A model generated the notes under the pieces. The model was not told the origin of the DNA. It ran no database searches and saw only the letters and a list, made by a program, of their open reading frames with translations. Shown here piece after piece: positions 1-8,622 of a stretch of 64,000 nt of DNA; position 1 is the first letter of the stretch; each line of letters opens with the position of its first letter. The stretch lies in contig CAVYTA010000006.1 of NCBI GenBank assembly GCA_963771355.1, positions 2,496,001 to 2,560,000 on the forward strand, in the 5' to 3' direction. Source of the DNA: an uncultured Candidatus Rokubacteria bacterium. Its GTDB lineage: Bacteria > Methylomirabilota > Methylomirabilia > Rokubacteriales > CSP1-6. A program made the translations under genes and the position numbers.

Positions 1-198
1 AGCGAGGCTGAATGGGACGATGATGTACCAGCCGATGAACTCCATCGAGAGGTAGGCGGCACGCACCATCTGAGCACTGTGGCTGGTCAGACCGACGATG
101 GATAGAGCGAGGTAGGCAACGACCGCGCCGAGCCAGCCGACCGACAAAATGATATGCGCGGTGAGCGCGAACTTGCGAAGACTTGGTGTCATGGTCAT
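1..198 (-). CDS. DUF2269-like membrane protein, 5' part (runs off window); third integron cassette
   Basis: Hand translation MTMTPSLRKFALTAHIILSVGWLGAVVAYLALSIVGLTS...; hydrophobic; ATG lies 10 nt after the attC R' site; absent from the ORF track. Confidence 0.7.
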   Translation of the reverse strand, partial: MTMTPSLRKFALTAHIILSVGWLGAVVAYLALSIVGLTSHSAQMVRAAYLSMEFIGWYIIVPFSLA

Positions 199-208
199 GC
201 CTTATGCG

Positions 209-295
209 GGCTAACGCTGCCAGTGAGCGGCGCGGTCTCCGGCCGCTACATCGCCCCTCACCGTTCCCCGCGGCCGCTCGATTGGCTGGTTAGAG
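209..295 (-). mobile_element. attC: integron attC site (87 bp)
   Basis: Minus strand: R'' CTCTAAC, 5 nt, L'' AATCGAGC ... L' GCTCACT, 6 nt, R' GTTAGCC; L'' has one extra base relative to L'; lies just downstream of a stop codon. Confidence 0.88.
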
Positions 296-313
296 GTTGC
301 GATGACGGAGGCG

Positions 314-1303
314 CTACTCAATGACATGGTCTGCTAGGGCCAGCAACGAGGGTGGGATCGCGAGGCCGAGCGTCTTTGCGGCCCGAAGGTTGATGACCAG
401 CTCAAAGTGGATCGGTTGCTCCACGGGGAGTTCAGCGGGCTTGGCGCCCTTCAGGATCCTGTCAACGTAGCTGGCGGCCTGCCGAAACTGTTCCGTCAGC
501 TTCGGCCCGTATGACAGGAGTCCCCCCGCCTCAACATTCTCACTGCGCTGGAATATGGTTGCGAGTCGGGCCTGCCGGGCCAACTCCGCAATTTGCCGGC
601 GCTCACTTATGAACAGTGGATCGGGGAGGATCACGACGCCTGCCACGCCAGCACGGGCTATTGCTGCAAAGGCCGATCCCAATTCCTTCGGCTCTCTGAC
701 CGCGACATGCTGGAGCTGTATCCGCAATGACTCGGCGGCGACCTGGGTATCTCGCCACATGAGCGCAGACCCAGGATTCGTTGTGTTTCGCAAGACGGCG
801 AGCCGTGTCGCAGCGGGGCGGACCTCCTTGATTAGCTGCAGTAACTTGCCGCTGACATCTCGGGAGACATTGCTGACGCCGGTGACGTTCCCGGCAGGTC
901 GCGAGAGGCTAGCCACCAGCCCACTCCCGACCGGATCGCCGACAGAGACCATAACGATCGGAATGGTGCGAGTCGCGCGCTTGGCGGCAAGCGTCGCCGG
1001 CGTGGTCCACGCGACGAGAACGTCCACTTTCGAGCGGACGAGATCGGTAGCCAGGCGGTCCAATTCGGGTTCAGCGCCCGCGCTCGATCTCAGCTCCAAG
1101 ACGAGATTCTGTCCCACGGAGTATCCGAGCTCCCGTAACCGCCCTCGCAATGGCTCGACGTGCTGCGCGGCCGCTGTCGCCGGGACCGGGAGGAGTACAC
1201 CGACCCGGTACTCCTGCGCGGCTCGCGGCGCATCGGCCAGGAGCGACGCGGCGAGAATCCCGGCAAGGGCGACGACGATCGTGACGATGGGTCTAACCGT
1301 CAT
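314..1303 (-). CDS. ABC transporter substrate-binding protein (ABC_sub_bind family); second cassette
   Basis: Signal peptide MTVRPIVTIVVALAG; family motifs DPVGSGLVASLSRPAGNVTG, GGLLSYG, ILKGAKPAELPVEQP; start moved to 1303 because the longer ORF crosses an attC. Confidence 0.9.
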   Translation of the reverse strand: MTVRPIVTIVVALAGILAASLLADAPRAAQEYRVGVLLPVPATAAAQHVEPLRGRLRELGYSVGQNLVLELRSSAGAEPELDRLATDLVRSKVDVLVAWTTPATLAAKRATRTIPIVMVSVGDPVGSGLVASLSRPAGNVTGVSNVSRDVSGKLLQLIKEVRPAATRLAVLRNTTNPGSALMWRDTQVAAESLRIQLQHVAVREPKELGSAFAAIARAGVAGVVILPDPLFISERRQIAELARQARLATIFQRSENVEAGGLLSYGPKLTEQFRQAASYVDRILKGAKPAELPVEQPIHFELVINLRAAKTLGLAIPPSLLALADHVIE

Positions 1304-1348
1304 GACTCGCTTTGGTAGCACTCCAACCGGATGAGGCAATCCATGAAC

Positions 1349-1403
1349 CTCTAACGCACCATTCAGCGGCGGCGGAGCCGTCCGCTGCAATAGGCAGTTG
1401 TCC
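1349..1403 (-). mobile_element. attC: integron attC site (55 bp)
   Basis: Minus strand: GGACAAC-TGCCT-ATT(G)CAGC-GG(A)CGG...CCGCC-GCTGAAT-GGTGC-GTTAGAG; canonical R''/L''/L'/R' layout with two extrahelical bases. Confidence 0.92.
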
Positions 1404-1437
1404 GACCGCAGGCAACTGTACGCCCCCTCGTCCGTGA

Positions 1438-2412
1438 TCACTCGATCAGCCGATCAGCGCGCAGGAGCACCGCCGGCGGGAACGTGACGCCTTGAGCTTT
1501 TGCCGTCTTGAGATGAAGGACCAACTCGAAGTGCGTCGGCTGCTCAACGGGGAGCTCGGCTGGGTTTGCGCCTCTCAGGATCTTGTCGATGAAGGTGGCG
1601 CCGGAGCGGTACTGCTCGATCGTGCTGAAGGAGTACGACATCAGGCCGCCTGCGTCCGCAAATTCATTCTGCCCGTACACGGCAACCTGACGCTGGGCGT
1701 TCACCAATTCCACAATACGTCCGCGTTGGGAGACGAAGAACGCGGCTGAGAGGACATAGAGCACGTCTGGCCGCTCGGACTTCAGCACCTTGAAAGCGGC
1801 GATCAGATCCTCCGGTGATCGCGCCTCGATCATCCTCAGGTTCAGTGCGAGTGTCGCCGCCGCCTGCTTCAGAGTGGGAAGCATTCGTACTAGGGGCAGG
1901 TTCGTCGGGTCGTGCAGCAGCGCCACACGCGAGGCCGAGGGGAACACTTCTTTGAGGAGCTGCAATATCTTGATCTGAAACTCCTCCGCCTGATTGCTGA
2001 GCCCGGTCGCATTGGTCCCCGGCCGTCGCAACGCCTTGATGATCCCAATCCCTACCGGATCTGAGACGGCGACGAACACGATCGGGATCGTCGTCGTCGC
2101 CTTGGATGCCGCGAGGGTCGCTTGAGAGCCGGCCGCGAACAAGACATCGGGCCTGAGCGCGACCAGTTCCGCGGCCAGCGCGGACAACCGGTCGAACCGC
2201 CCCTCCGCGAACCGCCGCTCGACCACAAGGTTGTGTCCCTCGCGGTAGCCGAGCTCGGCGAGCGCCCTGAACAGGGCTCGTTGATTCGGCGCATTGACCG
2301 CCGGTGAAGCCGGGACTAGGTAGGCCAGCCGGTGGGGGCGCTGCTCTGCACTCGCCCATGCGGTCATTGCGAACGAGGCTGCGCCCGTCAGAATCTCCCT
2401 GCGCGTGGTCAT
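1438..2412 (-). CDS. ABC transporter substrate-binding protein (ABC_sub_bind family); first cassette
   Basis: MTTRREILTG Tat-like leader; DPVGIG..LRRPGTNATG, GGLMSYS, ILRGANPAELPVEQP. Confidence 0.9.
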   Translation of the reverse strand: MTTRREILTGAASFAMTAWASAEQRPHRLAYLVPASPAVNAPNQRALFRALAELGYREGHNLVVERRFAEGRFDRLSALAAELVALRPDVLFAAGSQATLAASKATTTIPIVFVAVSDPVGIGIIKALRRPGTNATGLSNQAEEFQIKILQLLKEVFPSASRVALLHDPTNLPLVRMLPTLKQAAATLALNLRMIEARSPEDLIAAFKVLKSERPDVLYVLSAAFFVSQRGRIVELVNAQRQVAVYGQNEFADAGGLMSYSFSTIEQYRSGATFIDKILRGANPAELPVEQPTHFELVLHLKTAKAQGVTFPPAVLLRADRLIE

Positions 2413-2442
2413 ACGACGAGACAAATCTTCATCGGTCGTGGT

Positions 2443-2466
2443 TCGGACAACTAGAATTATCTAGTT
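2443..2466 (-). mobile_element. putative attI site at the head of the cassette array
   Basis: Minus strand AACTAGATAATTCTA-GTTGTCCGA; the core is the exact complement of R'' of the 1349-1403 attC; AT-rich; no attC arms upstream. Confidence 0.6.
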
Positions 2467-2669
2467 CTGTGTAGCGCTGGGGACGGTGCGGGCGGGGCCC
2501 AGATCGCATGGAGGGGTGAGTTCCCTGCCGGTCGAGGATGGCTGCTCGGGCGCGCAGTTGAGAAGGTGCGGGCGCCGCGGGGCGCCGGGATAGGCAGACC
2601 GGTGTAGCGCGGTGTACGCCGCGGGCTCGGCGGCGGGCGGGAGGGCGGCGCACCGCGGCCGCCACGGGC

Positions 2670-3539
2670 TTAGATCATCTCCGCCTGGGCGCTCATGGCG
2701 ACTGTGCCCGCGGGCGTGACGGCCCAGAGCTCGCAGCCGCGGCCGTCGGCGGTGGGGCGGCCGCGCAGCTCGAAGGGGGCGCCGAGGAAGAGCGGCGCGC
2801 GCGCCTGGGTGGTGTAGGAGCGGAAGGGGCGGCCGGGGTTCGCGTCGCGGGCGAAGTCGATGAGGAGCGTAGAGGTCAGGGGGCCGTGGACCACCAGCTC
2901 CGGGTAACCCTCCACGTCCATCGCCCAGGCGCGGTCGTAGTGGATGCGATGGCTGTTGAACGTCAGCGCAGAGAACCGGAACAGGAGCACGGGGTCGGGC
3001 TCCACGCGGCGACGCCAGGGGACGTCGGTCGGCGCCTCCTCGCGGCGCGGTGCCTGGTTCCGGTCGCCGGCCTTGACCTCCTCGCGGAACACCGTGCGGC
3101 GCTCTTCCTCGATGGCGAGGCCCTCGGGCCCGAAGATGCGGTTGACCACGGTGGCGAAGACGAGGGGGCCGGTGCCGCCCTCCTTCATCGAGATGTCGCG
3201 GAGCTCGGACTCGCGCCGGAGCTGATCGCCCACGCGAAGGGGCCGCTGGAAGAGGAAGCGCTCGCCGGCGAACATGCGGCGCGGGAGCGGCATGGGCGGC
3301 ACCACGCCGGCGTCGCGGGGGCTGCCGTCCGGATGTAGCGCGTCGGGCCCGAAGCGCGGCAGGAAGTACAGGATGTGCCAGCCTGGCGGCAGCGCGTCGC
3401 CCGACGCGAGCTCGGGCCCGGACCGCCCGAAGGTCAGGCGCAGAAGGTTCGCCGGCGCGGCGGTGACGACGTCGCTGGAGACGACGCGCCGTCCGATATG
3501 GGCCTTCAGGCTATCGAGGTCGAGAGCGATCTTGGCCAT
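2670..3539 (-). CDS. MaoC/HTD2-like double hot-dog acyl-CoA hydratase/dehydratase
   Basis: LPRRMFAG, LFRFSALTFNSHRIHYD, LVVHGPL motifs. Confidence 0.85.
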   Translation of the reverse strand: MAKIALDLDSLKAHIGRRVVSSDVVTAAPANLLRLTFGRSGPELASGDALPPGWHILYFLPRFGPDALHPDGSPRDAGVVPPMPLPRRMFAGERFLFQRPLRVGDQLRRESELRDISMKEGGTGPLVFATVVNRIFGPEGLAIEEERRTVFREEVKAGDRNQAPRREEAPTDVPWRRRVEPDPVLLFRFSALTFNSHRIHYDRAWAMDVEGYPELVVHGPLTSTLLIDFARDANPGRPFRSYTTQARAPLFLGAPFELRGRPTADGRGCELWAVTPAGTVAMSAQAEMI

Positions 3540-3832
3540 GGGGCGACAGTAGCACGCCGCTCAGGAAAGGCAGGATTCGCGCCAAGCGGGGCCGGGGGCG
3601 CGCTCCGGCCAAGTGTGCGAGAAAGCATGAACTGTCTCAGCACATCTCCGAAGGTCAGGTGGCGTCCACTGCCCCGTCGGCGGGGCAGCAGCCCCCGCGA
3701 GGATGGGGCCGGCGGGGTGAACGTCCGGCGTGACGGGCATTTAGAGCCGATGCCCAGTGGGGGGTGCACAGCGGGGGGCAAAGTGCAGCCTTCGTCCGCT
3801 CCCCGGCCATCGCGATGTCGTATGCTCCCGCC

Positions 3833-4581
3833 ATGGCGCGACGGCCCCGGTTACGGTCCTGCTTGCTGCTGGGACTTGCCGTGACCTTCGCCGTTCCTGC
3901 CTGCGCCACGCTCGAGCGGGCCGGCGCGAATTACTGGGAGCTGTCGAGCGAAGCCTCGGGGCAGGCGCCAGATCCCGCCGCGACGCCGGAGCCGGTGATC
4001 CAGGTCTACGCGGCGCGCACCGTGGGCTGGCGCGGGCTGGTGGGCGTGCACACGTGGATCGTGCTCAAGCCGGCGGAGGCGCCCACCTATACGCGCTACG
4101 AGGTGATGGGCTGGGGCGTCGGATCGGGGCGGCCGGCGATCCGTGTGAACCGCATGGGGCCGGACAACCACTGGTTCGGGAGCCGTCCCGACCGCCTGGT
4201 AGACCGGCGCGGTCCCGAGGTCGGGGCGCTTTGATCGAGAAAGTCGACGCGGCCATCAAGGACTATCCGTATCCTGATCGCTATCGCTCCTGGCCCGGGC
4301 CCAACAGCAATACCTTCCTCGCGCACATCGGCCGCGCGGTGCCGGAGCTGCGGCTGGATCTGCCGTCCACCGCCATCGGCAAGGACTTCTTGCCCAATGG
4401 CGACCTCACCGCGCTGGCGCCGAGCGGTACCGGCGTGCAGGTCTCGCTGTTCGGGCTCGCGGGTCTCCTGGTGGGGGTGGAGGAGGGGCTCGAGGTGAAT
4501 CTCCTCGGGCTCTCCTTCGGCCTCGATCTGAACCGGCCCGCGCTGCGGCTTCCCGTCGCGGGGCGGCTCGGCTTCCCGTGA
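3833..4581 (+). pseudogene. DUF3750-like protein with frameshift near 4225-4234
   Basis: N-half (VIQVYAAR..VHTWIV..RYEVMGW) stops at 4234; C-half (YRSWPGPNSNTF, LPSTAIGKD) continues in another frame; may be an assembly error. Confidence 0.75.
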
Positions 4582-4596
4582 GGCGCAGCGGGCGGA

Positions 4597-5028
4597 TCAG
4601 GCCTCGGGCGGCACGCGCCGCCTGAACACCTTGGCGAGCGCCTCGGGCGCGAGCCCGAGCTGGACGAAGGCCACGCCGGTATCGGCGTACTCGCGATAGG
4701 CGGCGATCTTGCCGCCCGCGAGATCGAACACGCTCATCCCCTTGAAGCGCACCGGCTTGCCCGCGCTGCGCGGGATCGCGTCGGACACCGTGTAGGAGAA
4801 GCGCCACTCCCCCGCCGCGCGGCGGGCATCCTCCACGACATGGGTGAACTCCCAGCGATAGCCCTTGCCCTCGTGGAACATGCGCTCGAACATCTCCCGC
4901 AGCTTCGCGCGGCCCGCGTGGGGGCCGAAGAAGATGTCGTCGTAGCTCCCGTCCTCGGTGAAGCAGTCGACGAGGGCATCCACGTCCTGGCGGTTGAAGG
5001 CGTCGGCGAAGCGGGTGACGATGCTCAT
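4597..5028 (-). CDS. NTF2/SnoaL-like protein
   Basis: RFADAFNRQDVDALVDCFTED ... GKIAAYREY. Confidence 0.85.
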   Translation of the reverse strand: MSIVTRFADAFNRQDVDALVDCFTEDGSYDDIFFGPHAGRAKLREMFERMFHEGKGYRWEFTHVVEDARRAAGEWRFSYTVSDAIPRSAGKPVRFKGMSVFDLAGGKIAAYREYADTGVAFVQLGLAPEALAKVFRRRVPPEA

Positions 5029-5516
5029 GGCTCTCTCCCTAGCAGGCGGGGCACCGCCTTCTCGAGGCAGCGGAGGATCTCGTCGCGGCAGAGGCGAAAG
5101 GCGGTCTCACCCTCGCCGGCGGGATCGGCGATGTCGCCCTCCTCGTCCACGAACTCGCGCAGGGTGACGATGCGCCGGCCCGCCGCCTCCGCGAAGGCGT
5201 CGAGCATGAACTTCTGCTGGACGGTCATGGTGAGGATGAGATCCGCCTCCGCGATGAGGTGCCGGTGGCGCTTGAGGTCGGTGGAGGTCATGTCGTCCTC
5301 CCCCAGGTACACGCCGATCTCCTTCAGCGCCAGCCGCGCGTCCAGGGACGGCAGCATGCCGTCGCGGCAGTAGGTGGCGATGCCGCCCGAGCGGATGCGG
5401 TACGGGTGGCGCGCGTCGCGCTCGGTCAGCATCTTCTCGAGGAGGACCTGGGCCATCACGCTGCGCGCGGTATTGGCGTGGCAGACGACCAGCAGCTTCT
5501 GCTCCCCGTCGATCAT
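5025..5516 (-). CDS. low-molecular-weight phosphatase / ArsC-like protein
   Basis: P-loop CHANTARS (CX5R), DLILTMT, DIADP; ATGA overlaps with both neighbours. Confidence 0.85.
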   Translation of the reverse strand: MIDGEQKLLVVCHANTARSVMAQVLLEKMLTERDARHPYRIRSGGIATYCRDGMLPSLDARLALKEIGVYLGEDDMTSTDLKRHRHLIAEADLILTMTVQQKFMLDAFAEAAGRRIVTLREFVDEEGDIADPAGEGETAFRLCRDEILRCLEKAVPRLLGREP

Positions 5517-6568
5517 CCCTTGGTGTCGGGCAGCGGCCGGTAGTACGGGTTCCCCTGCCCCACCCACTCGCCCAGCATGGCGCGGAACTGGGGGCCCATG
5601 GGGTCGATGCCGCGCATGGGCATGGTGCCGCGGCGGATGGTGAAGTCATGCGGGGCCAGCTCGCCGCCGCGGACGAAGTGGCGCTCGGCGGCATCTGCCC
5701 GGCCCTGGCGGTAGAGCCACTCACCCAGCCCGAACTCGGCGCGCGCCTGCTGGTCGGCCTCGCCGGGGAGGGGCTGGAGCTCCCGGGCGGAGGCGCCCGC
5801 GGGCAGAGCCGGCGCCTCGCCCCGCACCCAGGCCCGCAGCGCGCCCAGATGCCGGGCCGACTCGAGCCCGGTGATGTGCTTGAAGGTGTCGGTGCCGAAG
5901 GCCACGTCGTTCGGCCGCACGATGCGGCCGGCCTCGTCGATCCAGAACACGGTCGGCACGTTGACGATGTTGTAGAGATCGGCCAGCACGTGGCCCGTGT
6001 CCACCAGCGAGGGATGGCGCGGGCGCGCCGCCTCGATCCAGGGCCGCGCATCCTCCGGGCTCTTGTCCAGCGCCACCGTGATCACCGTGAAGCCCGCGCC
6101 GCCCAGCTCCTCGAAAAGCGCCTGCCAGACCGGCAGGTCGAGGCGGCACCCTCACCAGGACGCATAGGCGACGAGGAGAACCTTCTTGCCGCGGTGCTCG
6201 CGCAGCGAGTGGAGCCGCCCGTCCAGATCGGGCAGCGTGAAGTCGGGCGCCTCGAGCGCGGCCAGGGCGCGCGCGCGGTCGCTCGCGCCCACGCCGAGAT
6301 AGGCCGCCCGCTCCGCGGGGTCGAGCGCGAGGGGCCGGCCCAGCGCCGCCGCCACGGCGGCCAGGTCCACGCCGTCCGCGCTCTCGAGCGCGGCGCCCGG
6401 CCGTACCGGCACGCAGAGCGCGCCGCGGCAGAGGCCCTCGGGCTTGAGCGTCCAGCCGGTGGCCCGCTCGAGCGCCTCGCGCGTGAGGCGGATGGTGTCG
6501 CCGCTCACGCGCGCGGGCACCGTCGCGGGCTTCCCCTCATCGAGGATGGTGAATGTCGAGTCGGTCAT
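5513..6568 (-). CDS. selenoprotein, ResA/TlpA-like thioredoxin fold, YASW-U-GC motif (Sec at 6152-6154)
   Basis: ORFs 6152.. and 5513..6085 are in the same frame: APDFTLPDLDG...AYASW[TGA]GCRLDLPVWQ; AGGAG before ATG 6568; hairpin after the UGA. Confidence 0.88.
6109..6143 (-). promoter_or_regulatory. bacterial SECIS-like hairpin
   Basis: CCUCGA-CCUGCC-GGUCU-GGCAGG-..-UCGAGG just downstream of the UGA; GGUCU loop as in the E. coli fdhF SECIS. Confidence 0.75.
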
Positions 6569-6614
6569 GGCGTGGCTCCTGGGCGCCGCGGCTTGGGGCG
6601 CGTCCGGATCGTGG

Positions 6615-7247
6615 TCAGCGCCACGCCCAGACGGGCTGCTCGAAATGATACACGCGCGTCGCGCGCCCGTGCATCGCCACCTCGCGCGTCTGGTAGACCA
6701 CCGCCGCGGTGGGCGCATGGACCAGCGTCTCGAGAATGGGCAGCTGGATGACGGGGCGGTCGCTCTCGGGGATGGAGATGAGCCGGGGGACGTCGGGACG
6801 CTCGAGCTCGTCCCAGGGCACGAGGTGGGCACTCGCCACCTCGGCCGGGTTCGGGACGAGGGGATTGGAGGCGTCCCACCACACCACCACCGGCGTGATG
6901 AGGAAGCCCGAGCGGGTGGGATAGTCGTCGAGGAGGCCCAACACCGCGTCGGGCGCCAGCGTGAGCCCGAGCTCCTCGGACAGCTCCCGCAGCGCCGCCC
7001 GCTCCGGCGTCTCGTCGCGATCCAGGCGCCCGCCGGGCAGCGCCCACTGGCGCGCGTGCGCGCGGAGGCCCGCCGCGCGGCGCGTGATGAGAAAGCACGC
7101 GCGCCCGGCCTCGTCCGGCAGCAGCACCACCGCCACCGCGGCGGGGCGCAGGCCATCGGGCGCGGCGGCGCGGCGCTCGAAGCCGATCAGATGCGCGCTG
7201 GCGCGGGCGCGGAGCGCGTCGTCGAAGCGATGGGGAGCGGCGGCCAC
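6615..7247 (-). CDS. Nudix hydrolase, CoA pyrophosphatase-like
   Basis: LRAHARQWALPGGRLDRDETPERAALRELSEELG Nudix box; NPAEVA; start approximate. Confidence 0.85.
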   Translation of the reverse strand: MAAAPHRFDDALRARASAHLIGFERRAAAPDGLRPAAVAVVLLPDEAGRACFLITRRAAGLRAHARQWALPGGRLDRDETPERAALRELSEELGLTLAPDAVLGLLDDYPTRSGFLITPVVVWWDASNPLVPNPAEVASAHLVPWDELERPDVPRLISIPESDRPVIQLPILETLVHAPTAAVVYQTREVAMHGRATRVYHFEQPVWAWR

Positions 7248-7286
7248 TCCTGCACGACACCGCAGATTCGCGGTAGTGTCAAGGTC

Positions 7287-8147
7287 ATGCCCATCAAGCT
7301 CGGCCTCTTCTCGATGAATCAGGACGCCTGCAGCTACCCCGAGACCGCCGCCCGCGTGGCCCGGGCCGCGGAGGCGGCGGGCTTCGAGTCGCTCTGGTGC
7401 GGCGAGCACGTGGTGCTCCCCGATCCGCAGGCGCCACCCTCGCCGATGGCCCCGCGCGATCGCATTCTCGATCCGGTGGTGGCGCTCACCTTCCTCGCCG
7501 CCCATACGAGCCGCCTGCTCCTGGGCACCGGCATCATCATCCTCCCGCAGCGCAATCCTCTGGTCCTCGCCAAGGAGCTGGCCAGCCTCGACGTGCTCTC
7601 GGGCGGCCGCCTGCTCTTCGGCATCGGCGTGGGCTATCTCGAGCCCGAGTTCCGCGCCGTGGGCGCGCCCTATGCGGCGCGCGGCGCCGTCACCGACGAG
7701 TACCTCGAGGCCATGCAGGCGATCTGGAGCCAGGCCGAGCCCGCCTACGCGGGCCGCCATGCCGCCTTCTCCCACGTGCAGGCGCATCCCCAGCCCGTGC
7801 AGCGCCCCTGGCCGCGCGTCATCGTGGGCGGGCGCTCCCCCGCCGCCTTCCGCCGCGCGGTCTCGCGCGCGCATGGCTGGTATGGCTTCGGCCTCGACCC
7901 CGCGGGCGCGGCGACGGCGCTCGCGGGACTGCGGGAGGCGACGAAGCAGGTGGAGCGGCCCGCCGCGCTGGGGCCGCTCGAGATCAGCCTCACGCCCCGC
8001 GGCTGGGGACTCGAGCGCGCGACCGCAGCGGAGTTCGCCGCGCTGGGTGTTCAGCGCCTGGTGGTACGCGCGCCACGCGATCTGGACGCCGCGGGGCTCG
8101 AGACCTTCGTCGGCCGCTGCGGCGAGGATCTCGTCGGCGAGGTGTGA
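7287..8147 (+). CDS. LLM-class, probably F420-dependent oxidoreductase
   Basis: AEAAGFESLWCGEHV, LAKELASLDVLSGGRL, GIGVGY. Confidence 0.85.
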   Translation: MPIKLGLFSMNQDACSYPETAARVARAAEAAGFESLWCGEHVVLPDPQAPPSPMAPRDRILDPVVALTFLAAHTSRLLLGTGIIILPQRNPLVLAKELASLDVLSGGRLLFGIGVGYLEPEFRAVGAPYAARGAVTDEYLEAMQAIWSQAEPAYAGRHAAFSHVQAHPQPVQRPWPRVIVGGRSPAAFRRAVSRAHGWYGFGLDPAGAATALAGLREATKQVERPAALGPLEISLTPRGWGLERATAAEFAALGVQRLVVRAPRDLDAAGLETFVGRCGEDLVGEV

Positions 8148-8148
8148 C

Positions 8149-8589
8149 GTGGCCGCCACCTATCGCCTCGGCGCCGCTCGCCGGCTCGCCAATGCGCTGA
8201 TCCGCGCACTCCTGCGCGTCGGCCTGGGCCCGCCGCGCACCTATCTCCTCACCGTGCGCGGCCGCAAGACCGGCCGGCCGCTGTCCACCCCGGTGACGCT
8301 CGTCGAGGCGGAGGGACGGCGCTGGCTCGTCAGCCCCTACGGCGAAGTCGCGTGGGTCCGCAATACGCGGGCGGCGGGGCGCGTCACGCTGGCGCGGGGC
8401 CGACACGCGGAGTCGGTGGCGGTCCGCGAGCTCGCGCCCGCGGAGAGCGCGCCCGTGCTGAAGCGCTATGTCACCGAGGTCCCCATCACGCGGCCGTACT
8501 TCGACGCGCGGCCGGACTCCCCGCTAGCTGCCTTCGTCGCCGAGGCCCCCCGCCACCCTGTGTTCCTGCTCGAGCCCACGACGCGTTGA
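8149..8589 (+). CDS. deazaflavin-dependent nitroreductase-family protein
   Basis: LLTVRGRKTGRPLSTPV, WVRN, HPVF motifs. Confidence 0.85.
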   Translation: MAATYRLGAARRLANALIRALLRVGLGPPRTYLLTVRGRKTGRPLSTPVTLVEAEGRRWLVSPYGEVAWVRNTRAAGRVTLARGRHAESVAVRELAPAESAPVLKRYVTEVPITRPYFDARPDSPLAAFVAEAPRHPVFLLEPTTR

Positions 8590-8615
8590 CCAGCGACGCT
8601 GACATGGTGTAGATT
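8586..8615 (+). promoter_or_regulatory. sigma70-type promoter, probably leaderless transcript
   Basis: TTGACC-N18-TAGATT; ATG 7 nt after the -10 box. Confidence 0.55.
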
Positions 8616-8622
8616 CCGCGCC

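Noticed and set aside
1304..1441. N-terminal extension of ORF 314..1441
   Set aside because: It runs across the attC, and a signal peptide begins at ATG 1303.
2445..2563. Possible third attC using TCTCAAC near 2560 as R''
   Set aside because: No complementary L''/L' arms.
2429..2665. 78-aa ORF as a possible integrase remnant
   Set aside because: No tyrosine-recombinase motifs; low-complexity Arg/Pro sequence.
4232..4234. TGA as a selenocysteine codon
   Set aside because: The protein continues in a different frame, so this is a frameshift.
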